IMG/VR virus record: IMGVR_UViG_3300005329_000001
Source of the DNA: a virus
Lineage: Duplodnaviria; Heunggongvirae; Uroviricota; Caudoviricetes
Length of the DNA: 64,000 bases
Reading direction: 5' to 3' (one strand)
This document shows, one piece after another, positions 17,334-26,537 of this stretch; the first letter of the stretch is position 1; each line of letters opens with the position of its first letter. Under the pieces are notes generated by a model that made no database searches, was not told where the DNA came from, and was given only the letters and a program-made list of their open reading frames with translations. Position numbers and translations under genes: made by a program.

Positions 17334-19364
17334 CTACTTCGCGTCGACCCAGGTGTAGCCTGAGCCCGCGGCGGCGGTGAGTCGGACCGAGAGTTCGAAG
17401 TCCGGTCCAAACGGATGCTCCATGATGTCCTGCACGCGCTTCTTGCAGGTGTTGACCTTCTCCGGGTCATCCTCGACTTCGAAGATGAGTTCGTCGTGAA
17501 TCTGCAGCAGCAGTTTGGCGCCGATGCTGTTGAGGACTGGGTCGTACTCGGAGACGATCATCGCCTGCTTCGCGATGTCGGCAGCGGTGCCCTGGATGAT
17601 GGTGTTGACCGCTTGCCGCCGCGCTTCAGCAGCGATACCGCCGCCATCCTCACCGTCGACGCCGCCACCTCCCTTAGCGTTAATGCCAGGCAGCCGGCGG
17701 AAACGACCCATGAGCGTCTGGACATACTCAGTCTCCATGCACCGCTGGTGGGTGCCGTCGATGAAGGCCTTGGCGCCGGGGAACGCCATGAAGTACTTGT
17801 TGATGAGATCTTTGGCCTTCTTGATGTTCTCCTTCAGCTCGGCCTCGTTCCGTGGAGGCTGGAAGACCTTCGCGTCGACGAGCTGAGAGGCGAGCTTCAT
17901 CGGACCGATGCCGTAGATGAGACCGAAGCCGGTGTTCTTGGCGGCCTGGCGGAGAAGGAGGAGATGCTTCTGACGATCCGTCAGCGTCATCTTCTTCTCT
18001 TTGCAGTGCTTCGCCTCGGCGACTTCCTCATAGTTCTCCCCGTACATCAGGGCCACCGTGTAGCAGTGGAGATCCTTGCCCGAGCGGATGGCGCCAATCA
18101 TCTCCGGGTCCTGGGAGAAGTGGGCCATCAGCTTCATCTCGAGCTGGTCGTAGTCGGCGATGACCAGCACGCAGCCGAGAGCGGCGCAGAAGGCAGCGCG
18201 GATCTTGAACTTGTCTTCGTCAGGGCGGGGGATGTTCTGCAGGTTCGGTTCGACCGAGGAGAGTCGGCCGGAGACCGTCACGTGCTGGTTCAGGGTCGTA
18301 TGGATGCGGAAGAACCGATCGACCCAGTCCTGAAGGCCGTCGACGTAGGTGCTCTTAGCCTTCGCAATTTCACGCTGCTTGATCATCAGCGAGGACACCT
18401 TGCACTGCTTGGTGTCCTTGAAGTGGATGAGCGTGTCGGCATCGGTGGAGGGTTGCTTGATGCCGGAGGCTCCACCGTCGGTGTATCGGTGAGGCTCGTA
18501 CCCCATTTGCTCGAAGAAGTACTTTCGAAGCTGAACCGCGGAGTTGGGGTTGATGGGCCAGCCAACGTGGCGGACGATCTCCTTCTCGAGCTCGTGCAGG
18601 TCATGGTCCATCGGCGCGGACTGAGCACGCAGGTGGCCGATGCAGGTGGTGATGCCTCGGCGCTCCATGTTGAAGAGCACGCGAGTGAAGGGGATCTCGG
18701 TGTCGCAGAAGTGCTGCCAGAGAGAGCGATCGGGGAACATCATGATGGCGCTGAGCTGCTCTCTCAGCCACATCTTGACTCGTACAGAGCCCCAAGCGTC
18801 CAAGCCGGCGTACTCGATGCCGCGAAGACTCTCCACCGGGTCAGCCATCACTCGCATGATGGCGTCGCCGGCAGTTTCACCTGGCACCTTCTTGGTCGCC
18901 TTCCTCATCGGGAAGACTTCCTTGAAGTCCTTCATGACGAGACCGCAGTGGTCCTTGGCTGTCTCTTTCAAGCCGTGTCGACCAGTGCGGTTCTCATCAT
19001 AGAGCCAGTCCATGACGAGTGTGTCTTCCAGGTTGCCTTCGATGTGGATTCCGATGTTCGCGCACATGTGCATGTCGAACTTGATCTTTGTGCCGACCTT
19101 CGGAATCTCTGGGTTGCGGAGTACACCTTCGTGAAGCCAGTTCCAGCGAAAGAGGTTCTGAATCCAGAACGCGAATCGGCGGTTTCCGTCCGAGAGTGAC
19201 ATCAGGAGCGGCACGTCCTTGACGAGGTTCGTGCCCGTGGTCTCGGTATCGGTCCCCAGCCCATTCACTCGAGCGTGTTGCTGAAGGTACTCAGCCGCTT
19301 CTTGGGCCTGTGCGTCAGTCTCGATCCACTCAGCCTTCGGGATGAGATTCCACGTGCCGCTCAT
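17334..19364 (-). CDS. polA: Family A DNA polymerase (3'-5' exonuclease plus polymerase, no 5'-3' exonuclease)
   Basis: ExoI DTETTG, ExoII KIKFD, ExoIII YAGLDA; GRLSSVEPNLQNIP; motif A ADYDQLE, motif B RQAAKNTGFGLIYG (Phe at the E. coli 762 position), motif C QIHDEL. Confidence 0.95.
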   Translation of the reverse strand: MSGTWNLIPKAEWIETDAQAQEAAEYLQQHARVNGLGTDTETTGTNLVKDVPLLMSLSDGNRRFAFWIQNLFRWNWLHEGVLRNPEIPKVGTKIKFDMHMCANIGIHIEGNLEDTLVMDWLYDENRTGRHGLKETAKDHCGLVMKDFKEVFPMRKATKKVPGETAGDAIMRVMADPVESLRGIEYAGLDAWGSVRVKMWLREQLSAIMMFPDRSLWQHFCDTEIPFTRVLFNMERRGITTCIGHLRAQSAPMDHDLHELEKEIVRHVGWPINPNSAVQLRKYFFEQMGYEPHRYTDGGASGIKQPSTDADTLIHFKDTKQCKVSSLMIKQREIAKAKSTYVDGLQDWVDRFFRIHTTLNQHVTVSGRLSSVEPNLQNIPRPDEDKFKIRAAFCAALGCVLVIADYDQLEMKLMAHFSQDPEMIGAIRSGKDLHCYTVALMYGENYEEVAEAKHCKEKKMTLTDRQKHLLLLRQAAKNTGFGLIYGIGPMKLASQLVDAKVFQPPRNEAELKENIKKAKDLINKYFMAFPGAKAFIDGTHQRCMETEYVQTLMGRFRRLPGINAKGGGGVDGEDGGGIAAEARRQAVNTIIQGTAADIAKQAMIVSEYDPVLNSIGAKLLLQIHDELIFEVEDDPEKVNTCKKRVQDIMEHPFGPDFELSVRLTAAAGSGYTWVDAK

Positions 19365-19367
19365 GGC

Positions 19368-19739
19368 TCAGCGCTTGTTCCAGGGCTTGAAGTCCTTGAG
19401 CTCCTCGACGCTGGGAAAGATGCCTTCGAACCGCCAGGCACGATCGTCGAGATAAACGAAAGCGATCGGCTTCGTGGAGGAGAACTCCAGCTTGGTGTAG
19501 ACCTCCGCTGGGCAGCCGTGCTCCACGAACCACGCCTTCATCGCCTCGATGCCGGCCGGTTCGGAAGAGCGAGCGGAGTAGATGCAAACGTTGAAGTGCT
19601 CGACATACTGGGCGAGTGCGTCCCATGCATTGGGATGCGGCTTGTCCGAGACAACGTGAATCCCAGTCCACGGCGATTCGTAGAGATGAACCACGCCGTC
19701 GAAGTCGACGCAGAGAGTCTTCTTGCCATTCCAGGTCAT
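19368..19739 (-). CDS. HAD-superfamily phosphatase (nucleotidase-like)
   Basis: CVDFDGVV motif I, IYSAR motif II, KP...YLDDRA motifs III/IV. Confidence 0.8.
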   Translation of the reverse strand: MTWNGKKTLCVDFDGVVHLYESPWTGIHVVSDKPHPNAWDALAQYVEHFNVCIYSARSSEPAGIEAMKAWFVEHGCPAEVYTKLEFSSTKPIAFVYLDDRAWRFEGIFPSVEELKDFKPWNKR

Positions 19740-19753
19740 GAGTCACCTATTGT

Positions 19754-19788
19754 GAAAAGAACGCCCCGACTTTCCCCACGCTCGGGGC
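19754..19788 (-). terminator. Rho-independent terminator (minus strand)
   Basis: GCCCCGA/TCGGGGC stem followed by GTTCTTTTC on the minus strand, downstream of the SSB-like gene. Confidence 0.55.
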
Positions 19789-19838
19789 CACACGTGGCGA
19801 GACATCAGGAGGGAAGGAGAGGACCCTCCTGTCTTGGG

Positions 19839-21323
19839 CTACTGCTTTCCGAAGTTGGGACGACCGCCGAACGGCATGCCCGGAGGCTGCTGTTGCGGGT
19901 ACTGCATGTTACCCGCACCCGACTGAGCAGGCAGCGGTCCGTTGTTCTGGAACGGCTGCTGTTGCGGAGGCGGGTAGCCCGGCACCGGTGCGCCGTACGG
20001 AGGAGGCTGCGGCGCACCATACTGCGGCTGCTGAGGAGGCATCTGGCCGCCGTACTGCTGTGGCGGAGGAGCGTACTGACCAGGCGCCACGCCCTGCTGC
20101 CCCGGGTAGTTCTGGTACTGCTGTTGCTGCTGGGGGGCGAAGGGATTGGGAACCCCGCAAATCCTCGCCTGCTCCTCCAGGTCGATGGGCTTGAACGCGT
20201 CGACGAGGTTGATGCCGCGGACGAGATGCGGCTGCTGGAGGAACTGCTCGAGATCCGTGTTGCCCGTGTGGGTTCGGAAGAACCGGATGGGCGTCGGCGG
20301 GGAGATCACGAGCTTGGTCTGAGTGTCCTGACCTTCCTTGTGAACGAAGAGCACGCAGTCGAAGATCGACATCGGCCGCGGCTCGACGTTCTGAGAGCAT
20401 CCGCCCTGGGGAACCTTGTACATGCCGTTGGGATCGAAGCCGCACTCGTAGGCCGGCTTCGCCAGCCCCACGTGGCCGCAAGAACGGCATTGCTGAGGCG
20501 TCTCGGCGAACTGCTTGAGCTGGTCGTTGACGAACCCGGACTGGGCGACGTTGAGGATCTCGTTGCCGCAGCGGGCGCAGTCGAAGGCGACCTTGATGAG
20601 GCGCGTCATGCAGTTCGCGCAGGTCTGCTCGAGGAAGGTATCGACCTTGAACAGCTCTTCGAGATGGTTCTTGCCGAGCTGGAGGAACTTCGGAGCGCCG
20701 TAGAGGAGCGGCATGTTGCGCTGGCAGTGCTCGCACTGTCCGTTGCGGTTGTTCTTCATGCCGTACAGGCGCTCGCTCGGCGTCCCCACCTGGCACTGCT
20801 GCAGGACCATCACCGGACCGCTGTTGTCCTGCTTCATCCGCATCTGACCGGTCTTCTTGTCGACCAGCGGGATCTCGTGGTAGGGGACGAGGTGCTTGAC
20901 GTTGAAGGCCCACTGCTGGCGGCCATTGCCGACGGTCTTGTTGCCAGCGTCATTCTGCTGGCACCCGACGCAGTTCTGAGGAGCGTGCGGGCTGGGGCCG
21001 GCGGAGCAAGGAAAGTCGCCGTACTTCTCCTTGCCGTTCTCGATACGCTTGACCTGGTGCTGGACGAAGTGAAGAGCCTCGGTCTTCGTGCCCTTCCAGT
21101 TGCCGTGGTCATCGACGTCGTAGATGTCGTCGTAGAGCGGCTCGGGGCGGACGAGCACGATCGGCTCGCCGGGGCTCTCGTTGGGCCGGAGCATGCCCTG
21201 AAGCTGCGGAGTCAGTTGGGGGATGCGGAGCTTGTTGAAGAAGCCACCCTTCCCGCCCTTCCCACCCTTGCTGCTGTTCTCGGTGAACTTCTTCGCGCCC
21301 TGCCGGAGGCTACCAATTCCCAT
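19839..21323 (-). CDS. gp32-like single-stranded DNA-binding protein candidate with multiple Zn-binding Cys motifs and a Q/P/G/Y-rich tail
   Basis: Lies between primase and polA. The N-terminal GGKGGFFNKLRI and C...CxxC...WAFNV pattern resemble gp32-type SSBs. Further CxxC pairs. The last ~100 aa are low complexity. Confidence 0.5.
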   Translation of the reverse strand: MGIGSLRQGAKKFTENSSKGGKGGKGGFFNKLRIPQLTPQLQGMLRPNESPGEPIVLVRPEPLYDDIYDVDDHGNWKGTKTEALHFVQHQVKRIENGKEKYGDFPCSAGPSPHAPQNCVGCQQNDAGNKTVGNGRQQWAFNVKHLVPYHEIPLVDKKTGQMRMKQDNSGPVMVLQQCQVGTPSERLYGMKNNRNGQCEHCQRNMPLLYGAPKFLQLGKNHLEELFKVDTFLEQTCANCMTRLIKVAFDCARCGNEILNVAQSGFVNDQLKQFAETPQQCRSCGHVGLAKPAYECGFDPNGMYKVPQGGCSQNVEPRPMSIFDCVLFVHKEGQDTQTKLVISPPTPIRFFRTHTGNTDLEQFLQQPHLVRGINLVDAFKPIDLEEQARICGVPNPFAPQQQQQYQNYPGQQGVAPGQYAPPPQQYGGQMPPQQPQYGAPQPPPYGAPVPGYPPPQQQPFQNNGPLPAQSGAGNMQYPQQQPPGMPFGGRPNFGKQ

Positions 21324-22386
21324 GAGCTTGTCCCTTTCTCCAATTGGGGTACGTCACAGCGCCTGCGATAGCCGAGGACACGGCCTGAGGAATCAGGTCG
21401 TCCGGTTGACACTCTTCGTGAGCGTCGTCGGGGTAGCAGGCAATCAAGACCCCATTTATCAACTTGTGAAGCTCGGATGCGATCTTCCTGGTGCCTTCTC
21501 TCCCTGCCTGGTTGTTGTCGAGGAAGAAGACGATCTTGTTGTCTCTGACCCTGAGGAGTAGCTGCTTCTGACGATACGAAAGCGAGCTGCCCATCAGTGC
21601 CACCGTGTTCACCCAGCCAGCCTGGATGCACCACATGGCCGCCTTGTAGCCCTCAACGACAACTAGGGTCTGCGGCTCCTTTCCGAAGAAGAGGCGAGGG
21701 TAGACCTTATCGAGTCCCCACAGGTAGTCGTGATTGTCGAACTCGTACCCTTCGTACTGGTAGTCGTCGTCGAACCACGGACCGAAGTTGCTGGGGATGA
21801 CACGGCCTGTGTCTCGCTCCTTCCTCTTACCCAAATAGACGAGGTATTTGGGCTCCTGATAGTCGAACACTCGACCACCAGCGATGCCCGCCAAGTTACC
21901 ATAGAGATCCCGAATCGGATATGTGATTCGATTGTTGAAGCGGTCGTAGCCAACCTCGCAGTACTGCAGGATGGTGGGATCGAACCCGTCCTCCACAAGC
22001 TTGGTTGGAAGGAACTCGTAGGCCGAAAGGATCATCTCCGGGAGGATGTGCTTGGCCTCGAACGGGTTGTTGTTGATGCAATCCGTCCTGCGTCGGTGCC
22101 GCAGGGCATTGAGGTTCGCATCGAACAGAGCTTTGAGGCCCGCAGTCTCGGAATCCACCGTCTGCTTGGGGAGACCAAGCATGGAGAGGAGCTTCTTGAC
22201 GGTGCCGGCGACGTGGCAGGTGAAGCACTGGAATATGCCCGTATCGACATTGATGGAGAACGAGGCCTTCGTCTCCTGTCCACCCTTGTGGAACGGGCAT
22301 TTGATTTTGATGTTCGAGTCGCCCGAGAAACGATAGTTCCCCAGGTCGAGGTGCCGCTCGAGCACCGCGATGACCTGGTCCCTCAT
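21310..22386 (-). CDS. dnaG: DnaG-like DNA primase
   Basis: CHC2 finger CPFH...FQCFTCH, RITYPIRD, Toprim VVVEGYKAAM and FLDNNQAG. Confidence 0.9.
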   Translation of the reverse strand: MRDQVIAVLERHLDLGNYRFSGDSNIKIKCPFHKGGQETKASFSINVDTGIFQCFTCHVAGTVKKLLSMLGLPKQTVDSETAGLKALFDANLNALRHRRRTDCINNNPFEAKHILPEMILSAYEFLPTKLVEDGFDPTILQYCEVGYDRFNNRITYPIRDLYGNLAGIAGGRVFDYQEPKYLVYLGKRKERDTGRVIPSNFGPWFDDDYQYEGYEFDNHDYLWGLDKVYPRLFFGKEPQTLVVVEGYKAAMWCIQAGWVNTVALMGSSLSYRQKQLLLRVRDNKIVFFLDNNQAGREGTRKIASELHKLINGVLIACYPDDAHEECQPDDLIPQAVSSAIAGAVTYPNWRKGQAHGNW

Positions 22387-22395
22387 GTCCGACTC

Positions 22396-23808
22396 CTAGT
22401 ACTGCGCGAAGGGAGGCTTTGGTGCCATGCGCCCGCCACCTGGGAGCATCTGTTGCTGGCCGTTCGACTTCTTGCTGGCACCGTTCTTCTGGCCATTGCT
22501 GCTCTGCTGGGTCTGTCCCTGATTCGGGTCAGCCTGAGGGACCCAGACTCGCTTGAATCCGAAGTTCACGCCGGGAATGCCGTGGATGACGATGTTCTCG
22601 ACTTCGTACTCGCGAGCCGCCGGGAAGCTCATGATGACCTCCGGCTCGTGGGTCTGCGGGTCCTTCTCTTTCTTGACCCGGATGGCCATGTCGCACTCCT
22701 GGCCGAGAGCGTCGGCGAACGCGAGCTCTGCGACGTCTGCCTCTTTGGGTGAGGCTTTGGCGGCGGAGCGGTTGGCCTGAGTGATGCCGATGATGGGGAT
22801 GTTGAGGGTCTTGGCCGTCTCGTTCAGGTCCTGGACGACGGCCGTGACATCCTTCCAGTCGATGGAGCGTGTTTTGTTTCTGTCGTTCCGCAGGCGGTAC
22901 AGGCCATCCACCACGACAAGGGTCGGGCGGAACTCGAAGATCTTGGCCTGCACCAGCCCGATGCCCTCGCCCATGCCGGACATGGCCAAGAACTCCGGGT
23001 GATTGCCACCCGCGTTGGTGACCGTGCGCTCGCCCTGCTTGAGGAACTGCAGCCAGTTGAAGAGACGGTCTCTGTCGTACGGTTGCAGTTGGGCTTTGCG
23101 CCACTTCTGGTAGTCGACCTTGGCGCAGACCGATGCGGCTCGTCGCTGGATGTCGGTGGATGACATCTCCATCGAGATGACGAGCACTCGTTGGTGGGCG
23201 TGTAGATAGGCATGAGATGCGATGGCCAGACCAACCCACGTCTTCATGTTCTTGGGTCGTCCGTACAGGACGATGAACTGCCCTGGCTGCAGGCCCTGAG
23301 TCTCGTCATTGAGCACGTCCCACGGCCACGGGATGCCGAGGAGGCCGTGCCCACTGGCCACCAAGTCGTACTCTTGCTTGAGCACTTCATAGGCGTCCGA
23401 CATGAGCAAGTCGTTGGACCGCTCGTGCATCCCAGAGAGTTGGGATGAGCTCGCACGGACCAGGCTGAGCGCCTCTCTGGGATTCTGCTCGGCGATCTCC
23501 CAGAGCTGCTCTGCAAGTGACTTGATTTGGATGGAGAGCTTCGAGGTGTGAAGCTGCTCGCAGAGGGTAGAGACCGTGTCGTTGTTGTAGACACGCTGGA
23601 AGGCAGGAAATCGCTGAAGGACGATCTCCCAACTCGGGACCGAGCCGTAGGTGTATCGGCTCGTGAAATGATCCCGAATGAAGCAGAAAACCTGGCGACA
23701 AAGCGCCTCGAGGAAGAACTCCTCGGTGATGCGGGCCTTCTGGACTGTGAAGAAATCCTGATAGTCCAAAATACGCGAGATTAGCGCGTATTCCACGTGC
23801 GCTGCCAT
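22396..23808 (-). CDS. dnaB: DnaB-like replicative helicase with Q/N/P-rich tail
   Basis: GLQPGQFIVLYGRPKNMKT, ISMEM, VVVDGLY, IIGITQANR and LGQECD. SD GGGAGG before ATG 23808. Confidence 0.9.
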   Translation of the reverse strand: MAAHVEYALISRILDYQDFFTVQKARITEEFFLEALCRQVFCFIRDHFTSRYTYGSVPSWEIVLQRFPAFQRVYNNDTVSTLCEQLHTSKLSIQIKSLAEQLWEIAEQNPREALSLVRASSSQLSGMHERSNDLLMSDAYEVLKQEYDLVASGHGLLGIPWPWDVLNDETQGLQPGQFIVLYGRPKNMKTWVGLAIASHAYLHAHQRVLVISMEMSSTDIQRRAASVCAKVDYQKWRKAQLQPYDRDRLFNWLQFLKQGERTVTNAGGNHPEFLAMSGMGEGIGLVQAKIFEFRPTLVVVDGLYRLRNDRNKTRSIDWKDVTAVVQDLNETAKTLNIPIIGITQANRSAAKASPKEADVAELAFADALGQECDMAIRVKKEKDPQTHEPEVIMSFPAAREYEVENIVIHGIPGVNFGFKRVWVPQADPNQGQTQQSSNGQKNGASKKSNGQQQMLPGGGRMAPKPPFAQY

Positions 23809-23856
23809 TATCGCGACCTCCCTTTCCCGTGCCTGGATCACGGGTACTGCATGCGA

Positions 23857-24240
23857 CTACTTATCTTGGCAGATAACGGCGATCGATCCTTTGTGGATGA
23901 TGAGCTCGCTCTCTTCGGCGCCGACGAGCAAGTCACCATCCTTGTCATAGATCCGTCCTGCCACTTGCAGTGTGTATCGATCGAGGCTTCGAAGCACGCC
24001 GCGAACATTGTCGCCGGTGACGAGGTAGACCAGCACCTGCTTGCCGATCCACTCCCGCACCGTATTGTTCCACTGACTCTTGTCGTTGACCGTTGCTTCG
24101 AGTGCCTGGATGCGCTTCTCGTTGTCCAGGGACTTGCCGCGGGCCTCATGGACCATGCGGCTAAGCTCACCTGCCTGGGACGGGCTTATCGCCGGCGGGA
24201 TCGATCTGTTGCTGCCCCGGCGATCGTCGTGGTTCCCCAT
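23857..24240 (-). CDS. Hfq/Sm-like protein with N-terminal helical extension
   Basis: KQVLVYLVTGDNVRGVLRSLDRYTLQV (Sm1) and ELIIHKGSIAVI (Sm2) align by eye with Hfq [21 protein letters not shown]...MVYKHAISTV. Alternative start at 24156. Confidence 0.7.
   Translation of the reverse strand: MGNHDDRRGSNRSIPPAISPSQAGELSRMVHEARGKSLDNEKRIQALEATVNDKSQWNNTVREWIGKQVLVYLVTGDNVRGVLRSLDRYTLQVAGRIYDKDGDLLVGAEESELIIHKGSIAVICQDK
24185..24212 (-). promoter_or_regulatory. Candidate phage promoter GCAACA-N16-GATAAG
   Basis: Matches the motif found at five other sites. Upstream of the alternative Hfq-like start at 24156 and of dnaB. Confidence 0.4.
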
Positions 24241-24308
24241 AGGGTCCTCGCGAAACTGTAGTCCTACTCCCAGGCGGGAGAGGAGATCAAGTTTGAACTG
24301 CTATCACG

Positions 24309-24587
24309 CTACATCTGCTCGGGTTCTCGTGCTTGCTCCTGCGGTGGCTGCGGCTCGAACACGTGCTCGAGTGTCTCCGCTTCCATCGCATCCTGCAACT
24401 CTGCGAGCGCGGCGAGAGTGCGAGGACTCCACTCCAGCCGTCGCTGCAGCAACCCAGCCCGCTCCTCGTCATCGCGGATGAGGACGAAATCCGCCGTCAA
24501 CGGGGGCAGGGCTGGATTGACGAAGTTGAGATGCGCCTGCTGAAGCTCGATGCCCACGATCCGGCACTTCGACTTGGACACCAGCAT
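24309..24587 (-). CDS. Hypothetical protein
   Basis: TGATG coupling with the upstream gene. Confidence 0.6.
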   Translation of the reverse strand: MLVSKSKCRIVGIELQQAHLNFVNPALPPLTADFVLIRDDEERAGLLQRRLEWSPRTLAALAELQDAMEAETLEHVFEPQPPQEQAREPEQM

Positions 24588-24970
24588 CAGTACGCCGGCC
24601 TTGCTGGCGCCGCAGGCTTGAGGAGCCCCATGGCTTCGCAGCGCTGCTTCATCTGCTGGAAGTGCTGCTCGATCTGGTAGTCCGCGATCTGCGCTGCCAA
24701 CCCCACGGCGTAGTTGACGGTCTGCGCATCTTGGTTGCAGACGAGGGAGACGGACACGAACACCTTGCCGCCGGAGCCGAAGTCCATCTCGCTCATGTCG
24801 CGCCCGACGGAGACGCGAGCGAGCCCGTCCCCGATGATCGCCTTGTAGTAGTCCTGCTGTTGCTGAGACATGGGAGCCTCTCCTTCAAGAACCTCGTTGT
24901 CTACGTCACGACTGTTCTGACTGTAGACGCGTCGCACAGTGAAGCTTGTGTGAGGGAGAACCACTTCCAT
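24587..24970 (-). CDS. Hypothetical protein (start 24970 or 24871)
   Basis: SD-preceded ATGs at both positions; coding-like composition. Confidence 0.6.
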   Translation of the reverse strand: MEVVLPHTSFTVRRVYSQNSRDVDNEVLEGEAPMSQQQQDYYKAIIGDGLARVSVGRDMSEMDFGSGGKVFVSVSLVCNQDAQTVNYAVGLAAQIADYQIEQHFQQMKQRCEAMGLLKPAAPARPAY

Positions 24971-24974
24971 GGGA

Positions 24975-25274
24975 CTAGTCCTCGGCGATCGGAACTTCTC
25001 CGGGCTCGATTCCACGCGAGAGGCGCGCCTTGAGCTGGACAGTCTCGATGTAGACCGTCCGCTTCTTCGTGGCCTCGATGCGCTGGTCGATGGATGCCTT
25101 GTTGGGAATGCTGTCGCGCGGGTCGTCGTAGACTGTGACGTCCACGAACCCTTCCCGACGCAGGGCCTCTTCGATGAAGCGAGCCACCGTCGTCTTGCCT
25201 CGATTGCACTTGCCAGCGACGGTGATGATGAGGCCTTCCTCGCCTGCTTCCTGTCTCGTCACTTCACGACCCAT
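24975..25274 (-). CDS. Short P-loop-containing protein (kinase-like fragment)
   Basis: IITVAGKCNRGKTTVARFI. At 99 aa it is too short for a complete NMP kinase. Confidence 0.5.
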   Translation of the reverse strand: MGREVTRQEAGEEGLIITVAGKCNRGKTTVARFIEEALRREGFVDVTVYDDPRDSIPNKASIDQRIEATKKRTVYIETVQLKARLSRGIEPGEVPIAED

Positions 25275-25551
25275 TGCCCACCGCCTGGTTGGGATACTTC
25301 ATGTCGTAGGCCTTCTTCGCCGCGTCGAGCAGCCGGAACCCCCAGAAGGACGCCGGCTGGCCGCCCTGCTCGCAGATGTCGAGCTGCCAGATCGAGATGT
25401 ACTGCTGCTCGTCCGGCGTCCCCTTCGGCTTGCGAAGGCCGTACTTCTTCAGGTCATCGATCGGAACGGCGAACTTGAAGGCACGGGTGCCGGGCCAGGT
25501 CTGGCCCTTCTCCAGCTCGTCCAGCGTTGCTTCCAGTCCCATCTTCGGCAT
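25264..25551 (-). CDS. Hypothetical protein
   Basis: SD AGGAG; high GC3 codon usage. Confidence 0.6.
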   Translation of the reverse strand: MPKMGLEATLDELEKGQTWPGTRAFKFAVPIDDLKKYGLRKPKGTPDEQQYISIWQLDICEQGGQPASFWGFRLLDAAKKAYDMKYPNQAVGNGS

Positions 25552-25566
25552 CTATCGCTCCTAGGT

Positions 25567-25599
25567 AAGAAAAGCCCCACCTCCCGAAGGAGGTGAGGT
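25567..25599 (-). terminator. Rho-independent terminator (minus strand)
   Basis: CCTCACCTCC-TTCG-GGAGGTGGGG with a UUCG tetraloop, followed by CTTTTCTT. Confidence 0.75.
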
Positions 25600-25606
25600 T
25601 TGGTGG

Positions 25607-25849
25607 TCACTTGAGCTTGCGCCCGTGGTTCCGTTGCCGGTTCAGCTTGAACTCTTCGAACGCGGTCAGCCTGAAGTAGACTTCTCTCCAAGCCAAGTGA
25701 AAATGCGGACCGAGAAGCTTGAGGCGCCACTCCGCTTCCTTATGAAAGTCGATGGCGAGCTCGAGCTCTTCGTCGGTGAGTCCATCTCCCTTACCGATCT
25801 TCTTGAGAACAGCCTCGAGCTTCTCCTCCTGCTCCTTGTCGATGTTCAC
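25607..25849 (-). CDS. Hypothetical protein
   Basis: GTGA overlap with the upstream gene. Confidence 0.6.
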   Translation of the reverse strand: MNIDKEQEEKLEAVLKKIGKGDGLTDEELELAIDFHKEAEWRLKLLGPHFHLAWREVYFRLTAFEEFKLNRQRNHGRKLK

Positions 25850-26367
25850 TTGCCGGCCTTGAGCTCCTGACCGAATGCCGGGATCGGCTTCGGACCGGAC
25901 ACCGCCGGCGTCATGGCCAGGCCGGGCTCGATGGTGGTGGCGAACTGCTTCTCGAGCCCGTTCTTCTTGAGGAACTCGTTGGCCGCTTCCTGGTTGATCT
26001 CGATCTTCGTGGCGATCGCGCCCTCGTCTTCCATCTGCTTCTTGAAGCCGAGCGACTTGGCGAGGTTGACGAACTCGACCGCGCGGAAGCTGTCCGAGCC
26101 GAACTTCTTCGAGACCTGGAACGGCCCGAACTTGAACGTCTTGTAGCGGGTCGGGTCGAGGCGGGTGGCCTCGCTGCGGAGCATCTTGCCGGCCTCGTCC
26201 AGGTTCACGTTGCGCTCTTCACGAAGCTGGTCGAGCTGGTCGATCTCCTGCTGATGGCGGTCGTAGAACTCGGCCCACGCGGCCTGGTACTTCTGGTCGG
26301 CCGAGAGGAACTTGTTGACGACGTTCTGGGTGTCCTGCGTGGGGATGTAGTCCTTGACCGTGCTCAT
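25846..26367 (-). CDS. Hypothetical coiled-coil protein
   Basis: SD AAGGAG; very high GC3; N-terminal coiled coil. Confidence 0.7.
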   Translation of the reverse strand: MSTVKDYIPTQDTQNVVNKFLSADQKYQAAWAEFYDRHQQEIDQLDQLREERNVNLDEAGKMLRSEATRLDPTRYKTFKFGPFQVSKKFGSDSFRAVEFVNLAKSLGFKKQMEDEGAIATKIEINQEAANEFLKKNGLEKQFATTIEPGLAMTPAVSGPKPIPAFGQELKAGK

Positions 26368-26537
26368 CGCTCGTTCTCCTTGTTCGCCGTAAAGAGATCA
26401 AACTGCTCATCCCAGTCTCCAGCCGGTAATTCGGATGGATACTCTTTGGGCTGTCGCAGAGATCTTTTCTCCCAATGTTGCTCGAATTTGTTGAGCAGTC
26501 GGATCTGCTCCTTGACGTAGGCCTGAAGGGTCATCAT
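26364..26537 (-). CDS. 57-aa hypothetical protein (not in ORF track)
   Basis: MMTLQAYVKEQIRLLNKFEQHWEKRSLRQPKEYPSELPAGDWDEQFDLF...; overlap coupling at both ends. Confidence 0.6.
   Translation of the reverse strand: MMTLQAYVKEQIRLLNKFEQHWEKRSLRQPKEYPSELPAGDWDEQFDLFTANKENER

Noticed and set aside
17415-21371. Long plus-strand ORFs 17415-19199 (594 aa) and 19275-21371 (698 aa)
   Set aside because: Antisense shadows of polA and the SSB-like gene caused by high GC3 bias; no motifs and no SD. The same applies to 32202-33968(-), 35164-36216(-), 41206-42390(-), 43501-44745(-), 47047-48267(-) and 62325-63590(-).
24975-25274. Functional thymidylate kinase
   Set aside because: Only the P-loop and first helix are present in 99 aa; the lid and substrate-binding regions are missing.
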